A stretch of DNA of 64,000 nt, taken from assembly GCA_001662655.1 (NCBI GenBank), contig KV460207.1; one strand, given 5' to 3'. The notes below the pieces were generated by a model. That model was given only the letters and a program-made list of their open reading frames with translations, ran no database searches and had not been told where the DNA came from. Shown piece after piece: positions 1 to 12,740 of this stretch; within the stretch, counting starts at the first letter, position 1, and the number at the start of each line of letters is the position of its first letter. The translations under genes and the position numbers were made by a program. Source of the DNA: Pseudogymnoascus verrucosus (lineage: Eukaryota).

Positions 1-1439
1 TAGGATGATTTTTGGTGGAGAAGCTTCAATTGAGCTTCTTCAAGGCCTTCTGATCTATCTTGCTTGGTATGTATTCTCCAATATTTAACCGCACTGTGCT
101 GACGAGACGAAACTCTAGGAACCACTATTATAGCCGGCCACGCGTATATTCCCAATTTCTCCAGCTTGCCATTAGCATCGTAGTTGATCTAAGACTCAAT
201 CGACCACCGCCGAGCGGTCCACCCAAGGTTGGGCTGACGATCGATTTAGATGTTGGTGCCAAGCCGAATTACCCAATATCCTGGAGCCAAGATGAGAGGA
301 GAGCTGTTGCCGGTTGCTTTTATCTTACCTCGAGGTAAGACCTTTCAGCCGATTATTTACTGAACCTTGAGGAGTGCTTACTCTTATGCAGCATAGCTAC
401 TATGTTACAAAAGACGTCGACATTCCCGTTTTCTGCTCATATTGACGATTTCTGCAAGACTCTTCGGGATGAGGCAGCCTGCCCAACCGATAAGTATGTT
501 CTATATGTTGTGCGATTGCAAGCAATTGCGGAAAAGATAGACCGTCTGTATTCTCAGCGAGTCTCCGAGTTGAACCCTGAGTCTACTATCGAGCTATTTG
601 TTAAACAGCTGCAAACCGAGCTTGAGCTATTCAGAGAACGCCTGCCGTTTGACATGGCCGAAAGTTGTAAGTTGTCCTCAGCTGCTGATATCAAACACGT
701 GTTGATCTCAACTTCTATAGATTTATTAGCGATGCAATACCACGCTGTGGAGCTGAACCTTTATCAGATAGCCCTCCTCGATAGAGGCGCGGAATCAGAA
801 ATTCCCCGATTTATGTCGTCATCCACGTGGCGACTTGATATCTTATGCGCCGGTTTAATATCGGCCAAGTCACTGCTTTCCTATTTTATTTCGCTCCCAG
901 GACGCACCCAGCTGGCAATGTCCAATTCAGAGTGGATTCAAATCGGCGTCGCTATGGTTGTCGCGTCAAAGCTATCTGTTGCAGCTCGCGGACCAACAGC
1001 TTCGCGTGATACCCTGGCCCTCCGCGACTCTCTCGACATGCTGAGATTTGTGAAGGAAGCAGTGGCAGTTGTGAGCCAATTAGTGACCCAGGTTGTGGAT
1101 GCTGACGGGCGCCGTGATATTTTCTACGATTACTGGAAGCGCGGCAAGCTTATTCAGAGCTGGTACGAGAAGCATTCCCCGAGACCCGCTAGCTTACCAT
1201 TACCACCGGCAGGCTTCAATGGCTATTATGGTGACGGAAGCCAGCCGAGTTCAGCCAGTTACACTCCACAAATACCACAACAGATGGATGATTTCTTCGG
1301 CATCGACATGGGAGCTGCAAACCTCGATAACCTGCTGCAAGCGGAAATGGAAGATATCCAATTGGAGGGTTACGTTCCTGAAATGTCCATAGATGGTATC
1401 ATGGCAGATTGGATGTCATATCCATTGCTCCCATTTTGA
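1..1439 (+). CDS. 3' part of a probable fungal Zn2Cys6-type transcription factor (5' end outside window)
   Basis: Spliced exons (introns ~68-118, ~335-~395, 667-720) give LELLQGLLIYLAW..HYY, ERRAVAGCFYLTS and an acidic tail ending MADWMSYPLLPF, typical of the middle and C-terminal region of fungal-specific TFs. The zinc cluster itself is not in the window. Confidence 0.6.
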
Positions 1440-2012
1440 GGCATTGCTGGACGCGTTTTTCGAAATAAAAACAGATTTAGACAGCACAGAGACAACCTCC
1501 CCCACTCTGGCCTTCGTTGTTGTTGCAGTCAGCTTATATATAGTAAGCGCTAGAGCGAGCACTTTTGTGACGGATTACGCAAAAGGCAACGAATGAGCGC
1601 GGCCCCGATTAAAATTGAGGTGTAGCGAGAGACGAACTACGAAATTGTTGAATCCTACGATTGTGACATGGCACGACCCCACTTGTGTCAGTTTGCTCAT
1701 AGGGCAACGAATGGGGCAGGATCACTACTAGTTGGGGCTTGACACGAAGCTACGAGATTAAGGATCCTACGGTTGAGACATGACAGGCGCTGTGGGGGGA
1801 CAGAGGAATCCAGGATCGGATTTAGGATGATATGTATTTGCATTTATGCGCTTCTACACCTATAAGAAAGCCTAATTCAGGTTGTGATATAAAAATGTTA
1901 TTTGCAAAACACCGAAGGGACCGAGTACGCCAATTAACTCCAGTTACATAGATACCGTCACTGTCACTGATAATGAAACTGAATCCTTCAGTATTTAAGC
2001 ATCCGCAGCAAA

Positions 2013-2633
2013 TTAAAGCATCCAGGCTTCACCGTGTCCGTCCGGAAATTTCCTTAAACGGTACCTTTCGACGATGCTGTATCCCAGACCAAGAAATTGG
2101 CAAAGCTTAGGCCAGTCGTCTCCCACGCGGTCACTATTTTTGGTGATATGAAATTCCAACAGGTTCGCTTCCTGTTGTGATTGGACAAAGTAATCATGGA
2201 CCAAGCATGTGTAGTTTTGGTATGGACTCGGGGATCCCTGTTCATCGCCGAATCCTTCACCATTTTGGTCTTCGATTTGCAGAATATTATCATACTCCAC
2301 AGGCAAGATAAATTTGGCACCAGGCAACATGGTAAGATGTTTTTCAGCTCCCAGTACCTCATAGATCACCCTAAAGGTGCCTTGGTTGGAAGCTTGATCG
2401 TCGTTGCTGGTAGGAAGGTACCCTGGACGAATTTGCTTATATCCCAGGGTCTGTAAGGCCGTGCTGACGGCCTCAGTACCTGTCCGGCTACTTCTGATAA
2501 TATAAACTTGATTGTTTCGGACTGGCGACGTTGATATTGTGTGGCTTGACACCGGTTGGATTTGCCGATGACAGCAAGCCAATTGTAGGATAGCGCTAAG
2601 TAATGCGAAGACGTGGCCAGGCAAAAGAAGCAT
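2013..2633 (-). CDS. Putatively secreted sulfotransferase-family-like (Sulfotransfer_4-like) protein, degenerate
   Basis: First ATG at 2633 followed by a hydrophobic signal-like segment. Motifs SRTGTEAVSTALQTLGY and LLEF..GDDWPKLCQFLG resemble the family's GxxRTGTxSLxxALxxLGY and GWEPLCxFLG. Confidence 0.55.
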   Translation of the reverse strand: MLLLPGHVFALLSAILQLACCHRQIQPVSSHTISTSPVRNNQVYIIRSSRTGTEAVSTALQTLGYKQIRPGYLPTSNDDQASNQGTFRVIYEVLGAEKHLTMLPGAKFILPVEYDNILQIEDQNGEGFGDEQGSPSPYQNYTCLVHDYFVQSQQEANLLEFHITKNSDRVGDDWPKLCQFLGLGYSIVERYRLRKFPDGHGEAWML

Positions 2634-3127
2634 CCTACGTTCTTGGCAATGCTGACTGAAAATATGCGTAAGAGGTGTAATTGGACAGTTCGGAAACCTA
2701 ATGACGATGCCAGTTGGTTTTGGAGATATGAAGCGATACGATGTCGCGTAAGAAAGGCCCAAAATTATCAACTAACTAACAGCAGGCAGACGTGTTAATA
2801 AAAACTCCACTTATGGACGTCCTCCTTATATATCAGATACAATACTTAGGACCATAACCTTCGTATGATTGCGAAGACTCCCTACAATACTCTAAATCTC
2901 AAACAAGGGGAGAGTATTATGTACCGCCATACACCACAGTAGTATGAGTTATGCTTATCCGCATGGGCGGAGTTTCAACTTCAGTTGCAACGGACACGGC
3001 TCGGAATTAGTGCTCATTGGCGAGAAATCGCTATATTTATCTTGAAAGGGAAAGTCGAAGTACATAATTGTGGAGGCTGAGTGGGAGGCTCTGTGATTGG
3101 GACGAAGCCGCGTCAAAGTTCTATTGC

Positions 3128-3479
3128 ATATGTTCCGGCCCAACCGCGAATGTGCCAGTCGCGAATAACACACATATTATCATATAACTCAACAGCATAT
3201 AGATACACTTAAATCTTCTAAATTTTAAGAAATATTAAAAATTCTAAGGAAGCAAAGTTGTAGAGAAGTGTCTAAATTACATATCTCCCTATATATATAA
3301 ATCTATTAAAGCACTTATTAATAAGTTATATTAAGTTTTGTTTAAAGAAGGCATTTTTATTCGCGACTGGGCCAGTGTGGGTCGGCCCAATCGCGAATGC
3401 CAAAATTTGTATGGGGAAATTCGTGGTTGGGCCGGCCCATTCGCAAATATGACTTATTCGCGACTGGGCCGGAACACAT
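3128..3479. mobile_element. MITE-like non-autonomous TIR element relic
   Basis: TGTTCCGGCCCAACCGCGAAT (3131-3151) matches the reverse complement of 3456-3476 at 19/21 nt. Further subterminal copies of the core GGCCCARYCGCGAAT occur, and the interior is very AT/TpA-rich. Confidence 0.65.
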
Positions 3480-3887
3480 ACGTATGCGCCCAGGCCACGG
3501 ACACGGACACGGATTATAAACGCCGACAATGCACAACACGGGCCACCACAGCGCGCTCGATAACTGCCCAACACGGAAAAAGTCGTAAATACCGTGCTGT
3601 AATTTTCACGGTTTACATGCTGCGAGGCTGAAGGATCCTGCTACAACACGTCAGCTTATTGCCTTCTTAGGAGTATTCTGCGAGGGAGGTATGGCACGGG
3701 CATGCCTGCGGATGTGGGCTGAGGCTTACCTGTATTTCCAACCACGGGGACGGAAAGCCTTGTCCTTGTCGTGATGATTTTGTAATGAACTATATAGGGG
3801 ATTGAATTGCCCCCTAAAATGATGGCTACTCATTCGATATCAGAAGCATCATCACCGACCAACTGAATATCAACCCACCTCATCAAG

Positions 3888-5014
3888 ATGTCTCAGCACC
3901 AAGTCATCACCTTCAACGGAACGATACTCGACGATGCAGAGCAATGCACGATAGAGACATGTTCCCTAGCTTATGCCAACTTCGAATACATCCCTAACCT
4001 CGCCGGGAACATTATCTTCCTCGCCATCTTCGGCGTTCTCATCGTCCCCCAAATATTTTTCGGAGTCAAATACAAAACATGGGGTTATATGGCCGGAATG
4101 CTCGGCGGTCTCTTGCTTGAGATCGTCGGATATGTTGGGCGTGTCCAGATGCACTACAATCCCTTCACGTTCAATCCGTTCCTCGAGTAAGCTTTCACCC
4201 TAGAAATACATGGATCCGGTCTAACATTATCACAGATACCTCATCTGTCTGACCATTGGCCCCGCTTTCTTGACCGCCTCCATCTACCTCTGCCTCGCCC
4301 GCATCGTCGTCATGTATGGAGAAGGTGCCTCGCGAATCAAGCCCAGAACCTATACCCTCGTCTTCATCAGCTGTGACTTTCTCTCTCTCGTCCTCCAAGG
4401 TGGCGGCGGTGGCCTCACTGCCACAGCCAACGACATGAGCGGAAAACAGACGGGGATTAACATCATGATCGCGGGTCTCATCTTCCAGGTCGTCTCCCTA
4501 ACATTCTTTATGCTCCTCTGTACCGACTTCGCCTTCCGTCTGCGCCGATACCCTAACAAGGTGAACTCCTCCACCATTTCCGTCCGCAGCACCTTCAAAT
4601 GGAAGGCCTTCCTCATCTGTGAGCCTTGCCCACTGCCACTCCTCTACCATACCTAGCTAACACGACCCAGGCCTTGCCATCGCTACAGTGACCATCTTTG
4701 TTCGCTCTATCTTCCGCGCTGCAGAACTCTACCAAGGTTTTAATGGCGCACTTGCAAACAACGAAGTCACATTTATGATCCTCGAGGGCGCCATGGTGAT
4801 CATCGCTTGCATCTGTCTGAGCGTGTTCCATCCGGGTGTCGCCTTCGGCGGAAAGTGGGACCAGGGGAACTTCAAGTTCCGCGCTCTTAAGCAGCAGGGC
4901 CTCGAGCAGACGACTGTGCCGGCGTGGGAGATGACAAGTGATCAACGGAGTGCGGGGCGGGAGACAGCATATGAGAGTGATACCAGCCTTAAGGACCGTC
5001 ACAACCAAGTTTGA
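3888..5014 (+). CDS. RTA1-like lipid-translocating exporter family membrane protein
   Basis: Three exons (introns 4187-4235 and 4619-4670). Motifs LEIVGYVGR, YLICLTIGPAFLTASIYLCLARIV, FISCDFLSLVLQGGGGG, RSIFRAAELYQGF, LEG and HPG. Confidence 0.9.
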
Positions 5015-6565
5015 GTGGAGCGGACTTTTTTTGGCTGGAGTCAACGCATGGGGGTGTGAGCTGGCTGGTGTTGCGATAGACATATTTTATTATACCAAGC
5101 GGGCGTTTTGGGATACGCATGGGATGAGCGACATTTGCAAGTTTGCTATTTGGAAATGGGGTTGTATATGAGGATTAGAATATATATCTCTGACATTTAC
5201 TCACAAAACATAAATTCACATTTGAAGTTCAACGCTAAAGGGAAATATAATTGTTCTAAACAGTGTACCGGAGTATATATATATTATGACTTAAGCCTTC
5301 TACTAATCTTGCCAAGTAATTGTTTCCTTTTCGGACCTCTCGCGAATATTAACCACAAAAAATTTACCATTCATTGGTGGCGGAGGATATTTGCCAAAGA
5401 TACTTATTGACTTCCCTACTATATGTAAATATATCTTTCTAAATAATAATTATTAGAAGTACCTCACATAAATATATGTAGAGATCGGATAATTGTTAAT
5501 AATATTCCGCTTAAAATTCCAAAATTTATCCATTTTAACATGTCAAATATTACAGAAAAAAAGTCATTTTCTGGGGTTGCTGTTGGTGGATTTGGCAGGA
5601 TGCGGCTGCTACTTTACGAACCCTTTACCTCCACGTCATGGCGAAGGGAGAATTACCCGCCCCTGATACTTGATCTATGAAGAAACTCACTGTATGGTTC
5701 GTATTAGTGACGATCGACAGTGTTATAACAGGCGTTTGCGTACATTTTCAAAACGTAAGATGGCGGACTAAGTTGAGAGGCATTTAGAAAAAAGATACTG
5801 GGAAAGTATGAATGCTGCTATCGAGATGGGGACGCTGATCGCACACCCTGGCCTTGAGTAAAACGAAGGGTTTGCTATCTCTCATCTCGGTCGCCCCCCT
5901 CATAATAGTGTGGACCGTGCCCCAATAGATCTACTCATGGATATACGGAACGGCCCGTACACTCGAGTAAAGCTCGACATTACTATGCGCCTTGTATCAT
6001 TGGAGCAAATAGGGGTCATGAGGGACCACCCAGTGGTTATTAATGACTATGTTTTCATTATTTTTTGCCGTTGTCTTACCCAGGTGGCCTCCGAGACATG
6101 CGTCTGCAGGATCTCGTAAATGTGGCCTAGCTACCCCACTTGCCCCGAGATTGCACGATCTTCAAAGACCCGTATATTCGTTGTTTTTTCACCGAGAGAA
6201 CTCTAGAAAATGGCTTTTAAAGTTGTCTTTGATCGATTCAAATTAATTGCGTCTTGTATGTTTTATGGTCCAAAATACCTGCCACAAATGTAGCTATCCG
6301 GGCTCAATTTTATTGGGGTACAACATTCCTAGTGTGACCAGTTGGGTGGGTGGACATCACAAGGTTTCATGTAGTGATCGGCATAAAATCACTTTTGGAG
6401 GCTTCCGATTCGCAGTCATGCAGCAAACCTTCATGGTGGCGCCAACAGCTCAGCTGTAATGGAACCGTGGCGTACATCGGTATTTAAGCAAGATCTTTGA
6501 ATGTAAAAGTTTTCCCTCTTCGATCCAAACTTCCAACTGCAAATTCTACTGCGCCGCGAGTAAAC

Positions 6566-7469
6566 ATGGGCATCCTAAATAAAGTCACCGGTGTCTTCAT
6601 CAACTTATTCGTCTTCGCCTGGGACTTCAACCTCTTCATTCTAAATATACTTACTCCTTCCTACAAGCCTGGACATGTCGTTCCCGCACATGCCGCAGGG
6701 CATGCTCTATCCTGGCCAGAGTATACCCCACCCAAGGATGGGGATTCCCGCTCCGCTTGCCCCATGCTCAACGCAATGGCCAACCACGGCATCCTCCCCC
6801 ATGACGGCAAGAACATCACCTTCAAAGACCTGAATATCAAAATCCGCCAAACCTTCAACTTCGCGCCAACATTCTGCTTCTTCGTCCCAAAATTTGCAGC
6901 CGATTTCTTAAACCGCTCGTACTGGACCGATCGCTTCGATTTGGCTGAGCTGAGTTTGCATAATGCGATTGAGCACGATGGAAGCCTTACCAGGCAGGAT
7001 GCAGCGCTAGTTCCGGATCAGGCGAAGCCAGATTTGGGGCTCGTGAAGGAGCTGTTGGAAGAAGCGACAGGGACGATGGCAGATGGGAGCCCTCGCCTTA
7101 CGATCCCGGATCTCTCGCGTGCGTTGTCGAAGAGAAGGGTGGCTGCGAAGAAGACGAATAAAGACTACACCGAAGACTTCTTTCACAACATTTTTGGGAG
7201 TTCTAAGTGAGTCGTTCCCCTTTTTTCCTGCTTCTCTAAACTATATCAAATACTAAACTTCAAGCAGCTCATCGACAATGCTTACGCTCTTTGGGGGTTC
7301 CATCGCAGATCTCACCCCTATGCTCACGGAAGAAAGGTTCTCTGAGAACTGGGAGCCGCGCGTGCGTTCTCGATTCGGTTTGACGATGGCGAAGTTTAAT
7401 GCCACTGTTATTCCCGTTGAGAGGGGCGTGAATACGAAGAGTATCGTGCAGGCGGAAGGGGAAGCATAA
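6566..7469 (+). CDS. Heme-thiolate peroxidase (chloroperoxidase/unspecific peroxygenase family)
   Basis: DSRSACPMLNAMANHGILPHDG (proximal Cys) and IEHDGSLTRQD. Intron 7207-7267 joins in frame to NSSTMLTLFGG. Confidence 0.9.
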
Positions 7470-8714
7470 AGAGAGATGACCAAGGATAATACTCCACGGG
7501 TAGCACTGTGAGTTGATGCTTAAAAAGGGATTCATTATACAAATAAAAAAAATAAAAAAACATACAACAGTGTAAGGGCGACGAAGCTCCAATTTTAATT
7601 TCCCAGTCTTTCATCTAATCGTCGTAACCGACATTTTGCTTCGCTCAAAGTTAGAGGAAGCAAGTGCGCGATCTTGGAAGCAATTGCGCCAACTCACAAA
7701 TTGCACCTGTAAGTTCCTGCATATAGTAATTTGTATGCAAAGTACATAATTAGCCATTCTAAAACTATCACTTCCCGACTCCCACCTGGCTCCCATGTTC
7801 GCTCTCGCTGTCGGGGGCTTCTAGGTCGAGAGTTGGGTCCTCAGGCCCACCATCAACTTACCCGTTTCTTCAACTCCTCCACCTTCTGCTGGATAGTCCG
7901 TAGGTCTAGCTCTTAAAGCTAGCCTTCCATTACCGCCTCTTCCGTTCTTACAGAGTGGGATAATTGAGAAGCGGGGAGGTGAGGAGTAGTACAAAACAAC
8001 GCAACCGAATACTTCCAGATTAGGAACAATCTTATAATTACGTACGTGATGCGCATAGTCTGCAGTCATTTAGTACTTTGCTGCACCCCGCTAGTACCTC
8101 GTGGTCTCTACAGCAGCCCAACCTATAAGTAAGCACTTCCCACCGTCTAGTGCAATGGATGGGCGACGCCTTGCTGTGAGGTGTTAGGGTTGCGGCGAGC
8201 ATAAAGCAATGCAATGCGGTAAGTATAGAGGAATGCAGAGAGTGTAATGCGGTGTAGTGCAAACAGAGAACCTACGGCGGCTTTAAGATGCGGCGTACAG
8301 TAACCCCCCCGCTTAGCTCCCCCCGAGATTCGTTATCTCCTTATATCTCCTCAGCCTCAGCTGTTTCATGAGAGCTCTCCGCGGTACGATGAGGGACGGA
8401 GGTACCTCTGGAGTGGTGGGGGAATAAGAGCAAGGCACCTGAACAAGGATACGGTAGTTAGTTACGCACGACAAGAGCCATGACACAATATAATAGTGAG
8501 GCGCGACTGTGAGAACTATAAAATTTAGATATAATATTCGTGTGCTCATCATATCACTAGGCGGCGACGATAGTGATGAGAGCGACGATAGTTATAATAA
8601 TATAATATAGATTAGTTTAGTCCCTATTCAGGCAACACTGCTATTTATGACCACTGTCTGGTGTTTGTCATTTCTCCTTGCCACTTCATCCTCGTCTGTT
8701 ATATATTCAACCTC

Positions 8715-10344
8715 TTAGACTCCTTTTACGACCTCAACCAACTCCTCACTTATATCCAACTTATCATCCTCAACAGTGGGCGCACCTTTAATCGGCGCGT
8801 GTCTCGATGCAAAAACGATCTTGAAAATAGACTCGTTAGAGCGGAAGATATCTTCCAGTTCTTCAAGACTACGTCCCATTGTTTCAGGGTAGAATACGAA
8901 TATTGAGATGGGGATAACCATGCCGATACAAGTGTAGACGATTTAGTAGCGAAAACCAATGCTGTTAATTGCGACTGGTGTTAGAAGTGTGACCACAAGA
9001 TACCTGTTTATGAAAGTTAGTCCGGTTAATGGTGAAGCATAAGGTAATCAAGGGAGGTACATACCAGGGCCAGTGATTGGCAGTAGAGACAGAAGTCATG
9101 GCCATACGCAACCTGATAGGTGCTACCTCTGTGCAGTACAAAAAGTTCGCTCCCAAGAATCCAATCGGGATAAAGAAATTAAACATGAAGATGAAAAACA
9201 CCGCCGCTACGGATGCAGATTTGTTGGTTTCGGGGAACGAAGTTGCGATGCAGAGGCTCATCATGCACAGAGCCATTCCACCGCCACTAACCATCAACAA
9301 TGCCCTGCGACCAAACCTGTCGACGGTGAAGAATGCAACGAAGCAAGAGAGGAATTTCCATGTTAAGGTTCCACCGGAGAGGATGCGGGAGACTTGACTG
9401 GAAAGACCGAGGTTTTCTTGAAATATAATTGTCGAATAAACGGAGATAAGGTTCCCACCGCTCATCTGCTGGGCGAATTGGAGAAAGAAGCAGAGCATGA
9501 AGCGGTAGAATAGTTTCTCATGACCCATTGTGAAGATGTCTTGGAATTTGGCAGTGTCGCGGGAGGATTCGAGGGTGTATGAAATAGCATCAATCTCATG
9601 TCTAACCGAGTCTGAGTCACTAGGGAGGCCTTGAAGAGCTGATAAAGCGTATGCTGCTTCTTGGAGACGATTTTGACGAACAAGCCATCTCGGGGACTCG
9701 GGAAGGAAGAAGGTCGTAGACATGAGAAGGATAGATAGAAGTGTTGGAATAGCTAACAGTAATCGCCATTGAATTGGACCGGGCTTAAGCTGAAAAAAAC
9801 CAAGGTTAACCCATGCCGCTGTCATATAACCAAAACTGATAAAAAGACCATCGAGGACGACGTGTTTTCCACGATTTTTGGCAGGGGAACATTCGGATTG
9901 CCAAACGGGGACAGTGGCGCTGAGAACTCGGATACCGAGACCAAGTATGACTCTACCGACGATGAATTGTGCGAGACCGAAAGATGTACATTGTAAGACC
10001 TCGCCGATGAGCGAGAGTGTAGCGGCACCGAAGATCATCTTACGGCGACCGAAAATATCGCCGATGCGGGAACATGATAGAGCTCCGAATAGGGTGCCAA
10101 TGGTGAAGGTGGCAACAACGAAGCCCTGGAGAGTTGAATTCTTTGATTTAACTTCGCCCTTCGTGTGAACAGTGTCTATTTGAGGGAAGTGTTTAGTCCA
10201 GTCTTGAAGGGACAAGAGACCACCGACCCCGGATTGGTTATAACCGAAGAGGAAGAAAGCCGGTGCAGCGATAAGGAAGATTTGAGCAACGGATAATTTA
10301 TGGCCGCACATCTTCAAAAAAGAGGCTTCTCTGGCGGTAGACAT
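8715..10344 (-). pseudogene. MFS sugar porter with a premature stop
   Basis: Sugar-porter motifs (GDIFGRR, VPVWQSEC, PESPRWL, QQMSG, VDRFGRR, YPETMGRSLEE). After splicing the intron at ~9005-9065, the frame reads SIGFRY*IVYTCIG with TAA at 8943-8945. Confidence 0.8.
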
Positions 10345-11915
10345 AGCCAAGGAAGATATTTAGCGAGGAAGAAGATGTTCGATGACTTGAGATTGAGATA
10401 TTGCCCAACTCTGCTGTTGTTAAAAATTGAGAAGGTCGGGGATCGACGCACTTAAGTATTCGCAAATAGTCATAGTACCCGGTCATTGATCTAATTGATT
10501 TCCAACAAATTCATTCAACAAATTCATCCATGCTCTTGCAACGGCCAATGCATGTGGAGAAGTTTGCGGGGTCTGGAGTTGTGGGGAATATTGTGAGGAT
10601 GTCGGAATAAGCAGTATTCCGTATTGGGTACTAAAAACTTACTAACGCGAATGTCCACATAAAGCAAGCATTTGCGACATTTCCAAGGCAGTAAGTGTCT
10701 TGGATTAAGTTTCTTGGGAGTCTTATCCCTTTTACGGCCAGATTTCGCAATAGGGCAGCCCACACTATCGGGGGTGCTTTATTTGGAAGTGATGTTTGAG
10801 AGCGATTTGGGGTGCATGTGCCAGCAACCATCATTATAGGAGGAACATGGTGTTTGAATTCTAAGAGCAGTGGAGCCATAGCTGCCACCACCGATCGCCA
10901 GAGGATAGCGCGCGTTAGCACTTGTACTCTGAGACTAAGGATAGCTACCTTAATCTACCATTATCACTTTATTCGAGAGGCACTTACGGATGTGATTCTA
11001 TTCTTAATTTCTATTCTCCACTACTACATACGAATAACCTGGGGTAGGTACTTACCCCGCATTATATCTACCATACAAGTTGGCTGGTTGCAGCTAATTG
11101 CCAGAAGTACCGCTTAACGACACTTTTTCACCAGCACGGGAATCGCTACCCACGCATGGGCAAGACCTATAGCTCTACAGCCCACACACGTATAGGATAA
11201 ATAAAGTAAAGATCGACCTACGAAGTAAAAGATCAAGTAATAGCCAGTGTATGGAACCCGCTTAAGAGTGACGATATACCTGTGGGCCATGAATGCCTGG
11301 CGTTTCCGGTCGACCCCTGAGCCCGGCCTTACACGTCTCGGCCAGATCCAATCCAGATCCAATTTAATAGTTCCTCAGGACATACTTTTACTATTGGAAT
11401 ATGCTTGCATGTAAGAGGTATTGTTAAGTTTATCGAATAAGTTTAGATTTCGGCTTCGTTAATCTCCAGCAGGGACTGCAGCCGTTCGAGCACCAAATAC
11501 CTCCCTACAGGCACTTGTGGTACAATGATTTTGTCCTATGCTCTGACTTACTTAACAGGAAAGTCTATATCCAAGCCCTCTATTTGCCAAAGGAACAGGG
11601 ACATATTGTTATTCATTTCATTGAGATCTTCAAGTCCCGTACTACTCAGATCGCCCAAGGAATATCCAGTTAGGTCCGGAAACATTGTAACATTTTGTGG
11701 TCCTTGCGATATCCCAACTTGATCAGCTAAAGTTGCCGAATTTAGGGTGTGAAGTTCGGCTGTGTGAGATGTCGCAGCTACGAAATCATCGGGGGTTGCC
11801 AATCCTGGCATTGCATTTCCAGCAACGTGACACACGGCTTGAGAACCGCTAATGAGAAAGGATAAGATCTTGGAAGCTAGGTGGGAAAGGATGAGCTCTT
11901 GGAAACTTGACGTAC

Positions 11916-12740
11916 GTGCCGATGCAGGAGAGACCCACGCCACGAAAGCCTCTCCAGGTACAAGTACCCATTTTCGTGCTGTCCGCACAGCACAAAGACT
12001 CGTACTCTCCGAAGTTGCACCTCGCAATTGTCGACAGCTGCCCTGGCTGTCCGTTCATCAGGGACACTTCGTTATACCCGGTTCGGCAGCCTGCGGCACA
12101 TGCGCTAGTGTAACAAGCAGTTTGGGCAGCTGCATCAGCGGACCCTTGATTGGCAATGGCCTGTTGAGATGAAGTGACCGTGCCTGCTGCTGAGAAACCG
12201 TTTGACTTCGTCTGATCAGTCAGGTCGAGCGCCCATACCATAAGTCCCCCGAGGCAACGCGAGTTGGCAAAGGCACGCTTCTCTGTAAATGTATCAGCGT
12301 CGTCGTAGGATACCCATTGATCGTTGTCCCAAGTGATCCCTATTATATTTAGCAAGTATCTTAGAAGTCACAAACGGCTACTTACATTTGACACCTGCTA
12401 CCTTGTCGTGTATTGGGGTAAGTTTGTTTGCTGTGATGATGGACTGAATTTCCTGGTCGTCAAGAATTTCAGAGGCATTAGAGCACTCGCCGGCAATACC
12501 ACCGCCGGTAAACCTGCAAATGCCATTAGGAGTGTTACAGGACGGATCCGCCAGGGTAAATGATCTCCCGTAGTCTGGTTGAAATGTCAGTCCGAAGTGG
12601 CTATATTCCAATTATGAACCCTAATACCCACAAGCTATTCCCATGGTAACCTTTGAAGAGTCTACACCAGCTCTCCAAAGCAAATCAAGACCAGCGTCGA
12701 TCTCAGTGATGTTAGTGTGGGGAGCGATGTATGAACCCAG
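11916..12740 (-). pseudogene. Inverted internal fragment of a GH18 subgroup C (killer-toxin-like) chitinase
   Basis: Three spliced pieces read LGSYIAPHTNITEIDAGLDLLWRAGVDSSKVTMGIA-YYGRSFTLADPSC..GVK-WITWDNDQWVSYDD..LGGLMVWALD..CTWRGFRGVGLSCIG. There is no start codon and no DxxDxDxE catalytic motif. Confidence 0.85.

Noticed and set aside
8296..8316. TACAGTAACCCCCCCGCTTA resembling a Tc1/mariner-pogo terminal repeat in a TpA-rich intergenic stretch
   Set aside because: I found no matching opposite end and no transposase remnant.
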